A stretch of DNA of 41,134 nt from a virus (Duplodnaviria > Caudoviricetes), in IMG/VR virus record IMGVR_UViG_3300048851_000208, positions 1 to 41,134 of that record; one strand, given 5' to 3'. Positions 8,073 to 16,353 of the stretch are shown here, in pieces. The position numbers and the translations under genes were made by a program. Position 1 is the first letter of the stretch. Each line of letters opens with the position of its first letter. A model generated the notes under the pieces. It saw only the letters and a program-made list of their open reading frames with translations. It had not been told where the DNA came from and made no database searches.

Positions 8073-8735
8073 ATGTGTAATCGAGCGCGCCTTCAGCGAG
8101 AGCCTGACACGCTCTGGGGATCAGCCGCGAAGCTGTTCAGTGAGCGACCCCGCGACAACAGATTCAACCCGGTCGAGCTACGCCCCAAGTCGCGAAACTA
8201 TGTGGTTCGCGAGCAGGATGGCGAGCGTGCCTGGGACGTGATGACGTGGGACGTGCTCGGCGGTCAGGCGGCGTGGCCGATGACGAACGTCCGCAATCTG
8301 AAGCTGCCGCAATGGCGCAAGCTGGCCGAAAGGCCTGAGAACCGCTGCCTTGTGCCGCTGACCGAGTTCGCAGAATTCACGCCCGAGAAGCACGACCTCG
8401 CGGATGGCAAGCCGCCCCTAAAGGGTGAGATGTGGTTCGAAGTGACAGACCAAAACGTGTTTGCCGTTGCGGGGTTCTGGCAGCACACCAAGAATGGTGC
8501 GGGGTTCACGATGGTAACGTGCGCCCCCAACGAGCTGGTCGCGCCTATCCACCCTAAGGCGATGATCACGATCCTCGAACCCGAAGACGTGGATACGTGG
8601 CTGCGCGGCTCATACGACGAGGTGGTGGCGCTTCAGAAGCCCTACGATGCGTCGAAGATGACTGTTCGTGGCCCTGAATTCCCGACGCGGAAGGACCAGA
8701 AGCAAGCCTGGCTCGCCACGCAGGCCGATCCATAG
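8073..8735 (+). CDS. SOS response-associated peptidase (SRAP/HMCES-YedK family)
   Basis: Starts M-C-N-R (catalytic Cys2); motifs RCLVP...FAE, FAVAGFW and PN.LVAPIHPKAM..IL. Confidence 0.92.
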   Translation: MCNRARLQREPDTLWGSAAKLFSERPRDNRFNPVELRPKSRNYVVREQDGERAWDVMTWDVLGGQAAWPMTNVRNLKLPQWRKLAERPENRCLVPLTEFAEFTPEKHDLADGKPPLKGEMWFEVTDQNVFAVAGFWQHTKNGAGFTMVTCAPNELVAPIHPKAMITILEPEDVDTWLRGSYDEVVALQKPYDASKMTVRGPEFPTRKDQKQAWLATQADP

Positions 8736-8834
8736 AATGTGTAAATGTGAACTCAAATCAGTTGCTTAGAGATAAACTGCTGTTTGAGATAACCGATCCG
8801 TCACTCGGGCTTGCGGCCAATGGTGGGATATTCG

Positions 8835-9461
8835 ATGGGATACGAGTTTAGCGGCATTCACGCGAAGTTCGAAAACGCGTTAGACGCGGAGGAAGGCAGC
8901 TCCGATCGCCGCGATGGGCCGCGCCTTGTGACGGTGTATTGCGTCGCGCGAGTGCTCGCCCGCGGCGATCAAGGTCTTGCCAGAGTGTTGAACCTCTCGG
9001 ACGACGGCATGATGCTTTCGCTAAGGCTCGACCTTTTTCTGGGTGACGAAGTGACCGTTGACCTCTCGGAAGCGTGCTCTCTCACCGGCAACGCCGTATG
9101 GCGACAAGGGGACTGGTGTGGCCTGAAGCTCATCGAGCGGATTGACACTCCCGCGCTGCTGAAACGCCTACGTGACGAGCGCCGCGCACCGGGCGCTCGG
9201 CAACTTCGCTTGCCCATAGAGAAGCGTATCCTCGCATCAAGCGAACTGGGCATACAGATAGTTAGACTGCGGGACGTCTCGCAGCGGGGTGCCAAGGTGG
9301 TCCATGATGGCCGCTTTCGTCCCGGCCTTGCGGTCAGATTACATATCAATCCGCAGATCCAACGCCGCGGCGTGGTGCGTTGGTCGCAAGACGGTATAGC
9401 CGGGATCCAGTTGACGGAGCTACTCAGCGTGGATGACTTGGGCTCGGTCAATCTGCTGTAA
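8835..9461 (+). CDS. Tandem PilZ-domain protein
   Basis: RRDGPR with NLSDDG, and RQLR with DVSQRG (RxxxR and D/NxSxxG motifs). Start could be 8820 or 8811. Confidence 0.85.
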   Translation: MGYEFSGIHAKFENALDAEEGSSDRRDGPRLVTVYCVARVLARGDQGLARVLNLSDDGMMLSLRLDLFLGDEVTVDLSEACSLTGNAVWRQGDWCGLKLIERIDTPALLKRLRDERRAPGARQLRLPIEKRILASSELGIQIVRLRDVSQRGAKVVHDGRFRPGLAVRLHINPQIQRRGVVRWSQDGIAGIQLTELLSVDDLGSVNLL

Positions 9462-9511
9462 AAAGGCGAACCACGAATGCGCGATCGCCGGGAGTAAGTC
9501 GCTTTTCGGTA

Positions 9512-9697
9512 TTAGGATTTGCGCTCGTGATCGCGGGGGCTGAACTTGAGCACGGCCCATTCCACGATGCGGATGATTGACCAGAGTAGCGAAGCGGCGG
9601 CGGCGACTTGGGGCAGATACTGGATAAGCGCGCCGAGCGCCGCGACGCCAGACAGGAGATCGCCGGCCGTCTTTGCGTGATCGAAGTGATCGTCCAT
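9512..9697 (-). CDS. Putative holin-like small membrane protein
   Basis: 61 aa with two short hydrophobic segments (LPQVAAAASLLWSIIRIVE) and a basic tail; TGATG-coupled to the upstream gene. Confidence 0.65.
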   Translation of the reverse strand: MDDHFDHAKTAGDLLSGVAALGALIQYLPQVAAAASLLWSIIRIVEWAVLKFSPRDHERKS

Positions 9698-9927
9698 CAA
9701 GCCCCACCCACGTAGCTGTCGATAATGCTGACGACGATCGCGCCACCAACCGGAGACAAGCGGATCGCCCAGGTCAGGGCCATGCTCTTCACGGCATCGA
9801 GCCGCCACGCGCGCTTGGCGAGATCGAGCGCAACCGAACCAGCGCGCTTCAGGAAGGACTTCGACGGTGCGGCTTCAGCCGGAGCATCGGGAGTGAGGTG
9901 CGCGTCCGCGCTTAGCTGTTCCGACAT
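9697..9927 (-). CDS. Small phage protein (possible lysis accessory)
   Basis: 76 aa with hydrophobic C-terminus; preceded by GCTAAATA (9936-9943). Confidence 0.6.
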   Translation of the reverse strand: MSEQLSADAHLTPDAPAEAAPSKSFLKRAGSVALDLAKRAWRLDAVKSMALTWAIRLSPVGGAIVVSIIDSYVGGA

Positions 9928-9935
9928 TGTAGCCC

Positions 9936-9943
9936 TATTTAGC
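9936..9943 (-). promoter_or_regulatory. Phage promoter motif GCTAAATA
   Basis: 8 nt before ATG 9927. Confidence 0.6.
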
Positions 9944-10021
9944 CCTAGGAGCGTCGCTCAACGCAGTTCGGCCATTTCGGGCAGTCGGGTAGCCCAAAGC
10001 CTGCGACACGCCGCACGGGGC

Positions 10022-10741
10022 CTAATATCCGGTCACATCCACGACGACCACGCCGCCGTTGAACACGTTGCCTGCCGTCCAGCCGTAGCCTTGAAGGTGG
10101 TCGCCTAGGTTCTTGATGCGAAAGCCTCCGCTTACGTTCCTGACCGCTGGCACCGCGGCATTGAAGCCGATGTTCGTGAAAACAGCGTCACCCGACGATG
10201 CCGGCGGCCCCGGCGGATAGATCTCCCGCAGGACGGTGCCATACAGCATGAAGGCCGTGGACCCACCCGACACCGAGTAGAAGTCGTCCATTGTCGCCGT
10301 CATGCCGGTAATCGGGATCGCGCCTGCTACCTTCAACGGTCGGTAGCCTGCGTCGAATGTCCGAACCCCGGCGTCATTGTGTAGCGTCAAACCCGCGTTC
10401 GTAGTCGGCAAGAGGCTGTATTGCTTGAACAGGTAAACCGTGAAGGTGTGGGTCGAGTTTGGCGCGCCATTCTCTGTGTTGAGGAAGACACTCGTCCTGA
10501 GGCCATTTGGATTGGCGTTGTCGGTGTAGTCGGGTGACGCCTTAGGCATACTGACCGCCAGTGTTCCGCAACTGATCGCTGCCATCTGGTGTTCGGGCAA
10601 AGACGCATGATAAGCGAAACCGCGGCCAGCCGCGTCGAGGGTATTGGTCCAACTGACCTTGCCCACGTAACCATACATCAGGGTATTGCTGTCTAGCTGT
10701 AACTTGCCATCCGCGGTGAATGTCTGAAAACCTGCCGCCAT
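10022..10741 (-). CDS. Tail tip-associated structural protein
   Basis: N-terminal MAAGFQTF..DG.LQLDS and internal GLTLHNDAGVRTFDA repeat, typical of genes following gpJ-like fibres. Confidence 0.8.
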   Translation of the reverse strand: MAAGFQTFTADGKLQLDSNTLMYGYVGKVSWTNTLDAAGRGFAYHASLPEHQMAAISCGTLAVSMPKASPDYTDNANPNGLRTSVFLNTENGAPNSTHTFTVYLFKQYSLLPTTNAGLTLHNDAGVRTFDAGYRPLKVAGAIPITGMTATMDDFYSVSGGSTAFMLYGTVLREIYPPGPPASSGDAVFTNIGFNAAVPAVRNVSGGFRIKNLGDHLQGYGWTAGNVFNGGVVVVDVTGY

Positions 10742-11034
10742 CAGACCAGCATCACATTCAGGCGCGAGTGGACGTGGAAGTCGGATCGCTGTTGCGTATA
10801 GCTCAACGTCGAGCCGCTGACCGAGAAACCCGGTTCTGTGGTTTGCTTACCCGACGAGGCTTCGGGCAGCGTCACTGGAACAACGGTGGAAGTGCCTCGA
10901 TCGGCGACGTAGTTGTCCACGTTCACCGAGCCGGTTCCCGTGATCGTCATGCCAGTGACGAACTTGAGAACCATGCTTTCTGTGTCCAAGATCAGGTTGC
11001 CACTCGCATCCCAGATTTGTAGTCCTGCTGCCAT
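10741..11034 (-). CDS. Small tail tip-associated protein
   Basis: MAAGLQIWDASGNLILD N-terminus similar to the downstream gene; start 1 nt after the upstream stop. Confidence 0.8.
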   Translation of the reverse strand: MAAGLQIWDASGNLILDTESMVLKFVTGMTITGTGSVNVDNYVADRGTSTVVPVTLPEASSGKQTTEPGFSVSGSTLSYTQQRSDFHVHSRLNVMLV

Positions 11035-11035
11035 A

Positions 11036-13375
11036 TCACCACACTCCCAAGCGAACGCGGAGGGTGCCGTTCGCATCATAAACCCTGAGGCCGTTGTTAT
11101 CGAGTTCCGACCTCTGGCCCGTGGGTGCTGTTCTAATTAGTCCGATGTTGGCGCTGATGGCGCTCAAGCTGGTCACGTTCAGGCGATTGGCATCAATGGT
11201 GCCGGTGCGGATGCGATCACCGTCGATCACCGTGCCGCCATAGTGCGCGGAATAGGTTGAACCGCCCATATACACCGCGATCATGACCGCGTTCTGGTCG
11301 GCGACGATATCCTCTGCGCGGGTGTGAACGCGGAAGAAGGTCTCGCCCTGGTTCCAATAGACGAAGCAACGCTTGCTAACGCCGTAAGTGCTACCTGCTG
11401 CGATGTTGACGGCCTGTGCTGCGCCACTATCGTTCAGCCACTGTAGCCAGCCGCTGTTCCAAGTCAGCTCAAGAGAGCCGCGGTCATATCCGATTTGGAA
11501 GTCCAGACCCTCGATGTTGATACCGCGCGAGTTGATATCCAGCTTGCTTGCGCTGATGCTGTTGGCCTTGATCGCGCCGCCGCGAATTTCCGTCTGGTCG
11601 CGCCAGCTATCAAGGGTCGTCCCGCCCTGGATGAGGATTTTGCCCGGATTGATCGTGGTCGATGCGCCGTTGATGCGGGTCGCAGGGTCTTGCGCGCCAG
11701 TAGCTGCGTTGGATGCGACAGTAGCCGCGGCTGTGCCAGCTACGAGCGTTCCGACAGGTGCGCCGACTGTTGCTCCAGCGGCGATACCAGTTAGCTTGGT
11801 GCCCTCCGCGCTGTTGAGACCCGCAAGTGTGGTTGGGCGGCCAGTGGTGCCAGTCCAGGTCGAGGACGTGAAGGCGCTGGAAAGCGTGCCCGAGCCGCTG
11901 ACCGTGATGTTGCCGGCAAGGATCGAGTTTGCCTTGATCTTGTTGGCGTCGAGACTGTCCGCAAGGATGCGGTCGCCGTTCAGCGTGTTGACGGTGAGAT
12001 GGTTGGTCGTGATCGCGCCATTGGCGATTAGCGTGCCGTCTCCGACACGCACTATCTTGACCATGAACTCCACGTAGCCCGCGGTGATCGCGCCGTTGAA
12101 CCTGAACTGCCACTGCCGGTTGCTGTTGTTGTTGACGGATGTCGGATTTGTGAAGGTGAATGAATGCTCGCTCAGATATTCACCAGCCGTAATGCCGTGA
12201 GTGGCATTGGCGCCGTTTGGTTCTGTGGGCCAATTTGATCCGCTCTTAAGCGAGTAAACGGCTGTGGCAGGCATGTGGATCGTCGGATTGAAGCGGCCGG
12301 CGAAGTCCACGCTGGCATATAGGCCCACGCTGATTTTGTAGGTCGCGCCAACTTCCACGGGGAAGAAGGGCGTCACGTAATCGGCGTTGAAGCCAACATC
12401 AAACCGCACCGCATTACGGAAGGTCCAAGCGCCGTTCTGTGCCTGTAGCGAAGTGCCGGCACGATCACCCGTCCACCAAACCCGATCCTGAATATCGCCA
12501 TCTGGGATGATGTTGTCCGTGTTGCCGATCGCCAGCTTCGTCGCGACGATTTCGCCCGCACCGATTTGTGCCGCTTTAATCGAGCCTGTTTCCAAGTGAT
12601 TGCCCGTCAGGGTGAGGGCCTTGATGTTGTTGCCCTCGATTGTCAGGCCTTTGATGTTGCGGCCTTCGATTGTGTCGCCCGCGATATGGACTGCCTGGAT
12701 TGTGCCGGCGATCAACTTGCTGGCGTTGACCGAGCCTTCGATGATCTGCGAGCCCGCGATGTAAGCTGCGAGCGAGACCCAAGCGGTGCCGTTGAAGACG
12801 CGCGTTTCGCTGAAGACGGGAGAGGCGCGGAAGAGGGTCGCGATATCGCCGTTGATCGGAGCGCCGCCGCCCACGCCTGCGATTGCGGTAGTCGCCTCGC
12901 TATCAAGCCAAGCGCCGCCCGAGATTGCGCGCGTCACCGTCAGGGTGCCGCGTCGTCCCGCCGCACCCGGCGAGCCCGCGTTAGCCCTGGCGACGCTGAA
13001 GCGCCGGACGATGTTCTGCTGGCCGGCCTTGGTCGCAGTGATGTCGATGTAGGAGACGCCTGTGGTGAGGCTGGTGACACGGAGGTAGTTGGTGTCCAGG
13101 ACGCCGTTGGTTGGGCCTACGTCCGATCGGTTCGCAGTGTCGTTTACATCTCGGTAGGTGATACCGGAGCCAAGCGCCGAGACGTAGAAGCCCCATAGCG
13201 GGGACGTATCCTTACCCGCCTCGAAGATCGTGAAGGTGGTATCTGCGCCCGTGTAAGAACTGACGGTGCCTGCGGCGTCGGCCGGCAGAACAACGCTGTT
13301 GTTGGTGAGGGTTGCGGAGAGACCGTCGTTTACATCGACGATCGCGATTTGACCTGTGGAAACGTGCTGTGGCAT
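11036..13375 (-). CDS. Tail fibre / host-specificity protein
   Basis: Gly/Thr-rich; collagen-like GSPGAAGRRG; 10-aa repeats TIEGxNIK; gpJ-type C-terminus GLRVYDANGTLRVRLGVW. Confidence 0.88.
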   Translation of the reverse strand: MPQHVSTGQIAIVDVNDGLSATLTNNSVVLPADAAGTVSSYTGADTTFTIFEAGKDTSPLWGFYVSALGSGITYRDVNDTANRSDVGPTNGVLDTNYLRVTSLTTGVSYIDITATKAGQQNIVRRFSVARANAGSPGAAGRRGTLTVTRAISGGAWLDSEATTAIAGVGGGAPINGDIATLFRASPVFSETRVFNGTAWVSLAAYIAGSQIIEGSVNASKLIAGTIQAVHIAGDTIEGRNIKGLTIEGNNIKALTLTGNHLETGSIKAAQIGAGEIVATKLAIGNTDNIIPDGDIQDRVWWTGDRAGTSLQAQNGAWTFRNAVRFDVGFNADYVTPFFPVEVGATYKISVGLYASVDFAGRFNPTIHMPATAVYSLKSGSNWPTEPNGANATHGITAGEYLSEHSFTFTNPTSVNNNSNRQWQFRFNGAITAGYVEFMVKIVRVGDGTLIANGAITTNHLTVNTLNGDRILADSLDANKIKANSILAGNITVSGSGTLSSAFTSSTWTGTTGRPTTLAGLNSAEGTKLTGIAAGATVGAPVGTLVAGTAAATVASNAATGAQDPATRINGASTTINPGKILIQGGTTLDSWRDQTEIRGGAIKANSISASKLDINSRGINIEGLDFQIGYDRGSLELTWNSGWLQWLNDSGAAQAVNIAAGSTYGVSKRCFVYWNQGETFFRVHTRAEDIVADQNAVMIAVYMGGSTYSAHYGGTVIDGDRIRTGTIDANRLNVTSLSAISANIGLIRTAPTGQRSELDNNGLRVYDANGTLRVRLGVW

Positions 13376-13379
13376 CGAA

Positions 13380-13387
13380 TACTTATC
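13380..13387 (-). promoter_or_regulatory. Phage promoter motif GATAAGTA
   Basis: 4 nt before ATG 13375; no SD. Confidence 0.75.
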
Positions 13388-13417
13388 GTATTCGACGCCA
13401 CACGCAGTCCGTTCAGC

Positions 13418-14884
13418 TTACGGCTGGATTGCCTCGCACTGGATCACGCCCTTGGCGTCGATGTCGTCGCCAGTGACGACGATCTTGCTGTCGGTGTCAG
13501 GGCCGTTGGTGCCGTTGGTCCTGATAGTGTGGCGGCAAACAAACATGCTGCCGCTTAGGAACTTGTTGGCCGTCAGGTTTGGCACGTTGTTCTTGAGCCA
13601 TGGGTTCGACGTTGGCGCGCGCACCGTTACTGTCGAGCCAGTTGCCGAAGCCACCTCGAAATACTCCGCGACACCCGCGTTCACAGCCTTGATGATGTCG
13701 CCTGCTGCGAAGGTGATCGCCGTGCCACTGTAGGTGAAGGTCGTGGCGGTGTTCGCGCTGATCAAGCGACCACCAGCAAGGGCCGTGCGGGTCGTATCCA
13801 CGAACGCTGCGCGCTGGCCATCGCGATCCCAGAACGTGAAATCGAAGAACCAGCCCGCGACTGCGTTGACCTTCTTCGCGCCGTAATAGACTTGCGGGTA
13901 AACGTCGGTGGAACCCACGCCGTTCTGTAGCTTGTCGCCTGCTGTTGAGATTAGGCGCACCTCGTAAGGGTCCGACACGTCGCTGACAGCGAAGAAGCTC
14001 TGGTAGATCTTACCATCGCTGTCGCGGATTTCGACCTTGAAGTTGGCGATGTCGGTGACGGCCGTGTGGTTGATGATGAGGCCTTTAGCATCAGTCCAGC
14101 CCGCGTCAGGCACGTTGGTCGTGGTGATCGCCGCGCCGTTAAACTGGCCGAGCGTTCCAGCGACGTTGCTCGTGACCTGTGCCGTGGTCAGGAGACCGTA
14201 ATTGGCCTGGACGCCGGAGAGATTGCCGTCGATTTGGTCGGCCGCGTTGAACGGGCTTTGGAACCAGCGATAGGTAACGGATGTGTCCACGCCTGCCGCA
14301 CGGATGAGGTCTGCGTTGACGCGGATGGTGTTCTTGCCGGCGTTCGGCTCTAGGATGTTGCCGTCTGGCGAGTTGATGTTGATGTAAACGGCGTTGGTGC
14401 CCGTGCGGACCTGCGTGAGCGTGATGGACTTGATGATGCGCGAAACTAGACCGGTAACAGGGTCGGTGTAGTCGCCCCTAAACCAGATGGTCTCAGGCGG
14501 ATTATCGACCTTCAGGTTGGCCTTCACGACCAGCTTACTCTCCGTCGCGGAGTGCGTGACCGTCAGTGTGCCGCCGGTCTCGAAGTCGGTAGTTGGTGCT
14601 GCGCCAGTGACGATAGCTGCGCCACCTTCGACGTAGGACCACGCCCGGTTGGATAGCTGGCCGGTGATATCCTCGGGAGCGCCAGCGGCGGCGGCGAACA
14701 CGCGGGCACGAAGTTCGAGACCCGCGTTGCTGTTGATGGTCGTCCAGTTGGGGGTGAACACGACAAGGCTTTCGTCCTTGGTGTAGATTTGCTGCGTGCC
14801 GGGGTTCGCAGCGATTTCGGCGGTGATCGAGCGTGCGTCGTTGTTATCAACGATCGTTAGCTGACCTGTAGAAACGAGTGCCAT
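13418..14884 (-). CDS. Virion structural protein with Ig-like repeats (candidate polymerising fibre subunit)
   Basis: SD GGAG before ATG 14884; N-terminus VSTGQLTIVDNND; beta-rich repeats; own promoter motif at 14946-14953. Confidence 0.8.
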   Translation of the reverse strand: MALVSTGQLTIVDNNDARSITAEIAANPGTQQIYTKDESLVVFTPNWTTINSNAGLELRARVFAAAAGAPEDITGQLSNRAWSYVEGGAAIVTGAAPTTDFETGGTLTVTHSATESKLVVKANLKVDNPPETIWFRGDYTDPVTGLVSRIIKSITLTQVRTGTNAVYININSPDGNILEPNAGKNTIRVNADLIRAAGVDTSVTYRWFQSPFNAADQIDGNLSGVQANYGLLTTAQVTSNVAGTLGQFNGAAITTTNVPDAGWTDAKGLIINHTAVTDIANFKVEIRDSDGKIYQSFFAVSDVSDPYEVRLISTAGDKLQNGVGSTDVYPQVYYGAKKVNAVAGWFFDFTFWDRDGQRAAFVDTTRTALAGGRLISANTATTFTYSGTAITFAAGDIIKAVNAGVAEYFEVASATGSTVTVRAPTSNPWLKNNVPNLTANKFLSGSMFVCRHTIRTNGTNGPDTDSKIVVTGDDIDAKGVIQCEAIQP

Positions 14885-14945
14885 ATCTCTCCTGTCTTTG
14901 TTCCCGCCGTCGAACAAGAGCGACAGGCGTAAGTATGCGTCCGCT

Positions 14946-14953
14946 TACTTATC
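14946..14953 (-). promoter_or_regulatory. Phage promoter motif GATAAGTA
   Basis: Intergenic, upstream of the SD-led gene at 14884. Confidence 0.65.
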
Positions 14954-14967
14954 GAGGCGGCGGCAGA

Positions 14968-16353
14968 TTAGTTGTTGATGTCCACGAAGAAGGTCGCGCG
15001 AGCGTAGATGTCATCAATGGTGACTTCGATGTTCTTGTAACCCTGACGATAGCGTGTGTTGAACGTCGCATCATCGTCGGGTGCGGAACGAGGGATGCCC
15101 GAAACACGACGCCAGCCGAACCAATGGTCAGGCACTTGCTCTGTTACCTCCGCGCCGTTCTTGAAAAGGCGTGCTTTGAGGGTCGTGCTCTTCGACTGAC
15201 CGACACGGAACACAGTGCCGTTGCTGCTCTCGATGGTGACGTAGAAGCTCTGGCCATCCTCAAGGTAGATCAACCAGTCGAGCGGGTCGCCGGTCAGGAC
15301 GTAGCTGCGCCCATCCATGCTGTTCTTATAGACGGCGTTCTGACGCCATTGATCGCCTAGCTGCGCCTGCGTCGGAGGATTGGCAAACTCGCCTACGAAG
15401 TGAAGGCTAGGCGTGAGGGCGTTGCTGGCGATGGTGCTGATCGATACGGGCGTGCCGTTCACGGGGATCGTCGCGCCCGGCGAAATCAGGCCGTCGCTGC
15501 CGAACATGATGTTGCCCTGGGCATCCCGAACATCGAGACCCTTGCTGTCGATGAACGGAGCCGTGATTAGCTCGCTTAGATCGACCGGCGAAACCTCCGC
15601 CGTCCACCTTCCGCTGACGAGACGGTAGAGCTTGCCGTCCGTCTTAAGGAACACCAATGGGCCGCCGGTCCAGCCCGTTGGATTTGGCAGCACGTCCACA
15701 GTTCGTGTGATGCCCGTGTTCACGGCGGGTGCCACATCGGTGATGTCGATGAGAACGGTTTTGATAGCGCCGCTGCTGGCGCTGAACGGCGACACGTTGT
15801 CCGACGTATCCACCGCCTTGGCCCAGAAGTAGTGCGTTGAGCCGTTCGCTAGGCCGGAGTGGATGTAGCTGCTCTGCGTGCTTGGCGAGGCCGATACAGA
15901 CGCGAGCCGCGTGGCATTCGCACTGTTCGCCGTGCTGCCGCCCCAAATCTCGACATGGGCGAGGTCCGCGTCCGCTGGGTTCGTCCAGGTCATACCGATG
16001 AAGTTGAAGCCGGGTTGCCCGGTAAGGCCAGTAGGGGCAGCGGGCGGAACCGTATCCCGCTCCGTTGCGCGGGAAGCGACCGCACTGAAGAGCGAACGAT
16101 TGCTCGCCTTGTCATAGGCCAGCACCTTAGCTTCGTAGGTCGTGTTGCGGGCGACGGCGAGCCACTCATAGGTGTTGGTGGTCGTGAAGTATTCGGTGAA
16201 CGGACCTGTGCCCTGGCGCACGGAGATGATGTAGCCTGCCAGATCGCTCTCGGTGCGCGGCGCCCACGTCGCTTTTAGCGATGCCGCTGGTGAGGCTGCT
16301 CGTAAGAACGAGGCCGGTGGGAACGCCCGGTGCCGTGGTGTCCAAAAGGCCAC
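14968..16353 (-). CDS. C-terminal part (Fn3/Ig-like domains) of the frameshifted tail tip protein
   Basis: Fn3 motifs LKATW...DLAGY and DTVPPAAPTGL...W.NP.DADLAHVEIW. No credible own start; continues the upstream ORF after a frameshift near 16280. Confidence 0.8.
   Translation of the reverse strand: MAFWTPRHRAFPPASFLRAASPAASLKATWAPRTESDLAGYIISVRQGTGPFTEYFTTTNTYEWLAVARNTTYEAKVLAYDKASNRSLFSAVASRATERDTVPPAAPTGLTGQPGFNFIGMTWTNPADADLAHVEIWGGSTANSANATRLASVSASPSTQSSYIHSGLANGSTHYFWAKAVDTSDNVSPFSASSGAIKTVLIDITDVAPAVNTGITRTVDVLPNPTGWTGGPLVFLKTDGKLYRLVSGRWTAEVSPVDLSELITAPFIDSKGLDVRDAQGNIMFGSDGLISPGATIPVNGTPVSISTIASNALTPSLHFVGEFANPPTQAQLGDQWRQNAVYKNSMDGRSYVLTGDPLDWLIYLEDGQSFYVTIESSNGTVFRVGQSKSTTLKARLFKNGAEVTEQVPDHWFGWRRVSGIPRSAPDDDATFNTRYRQGYKNIEVTIDDIYARATFFVDINN

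Noticed and set aside
12619-12676. 30-bp tandem repeat in the tail fibre as a DGR or shufflon target
   Set aside because: Explained by the 10-aa protein repeat; no reverse transcriptase or invertase present.
14938-14953. GCGTCCGCTTA as another cassette site
   Set aside because: Left-arm match only; no CCACCC/CGCCCA spacer or right arm.
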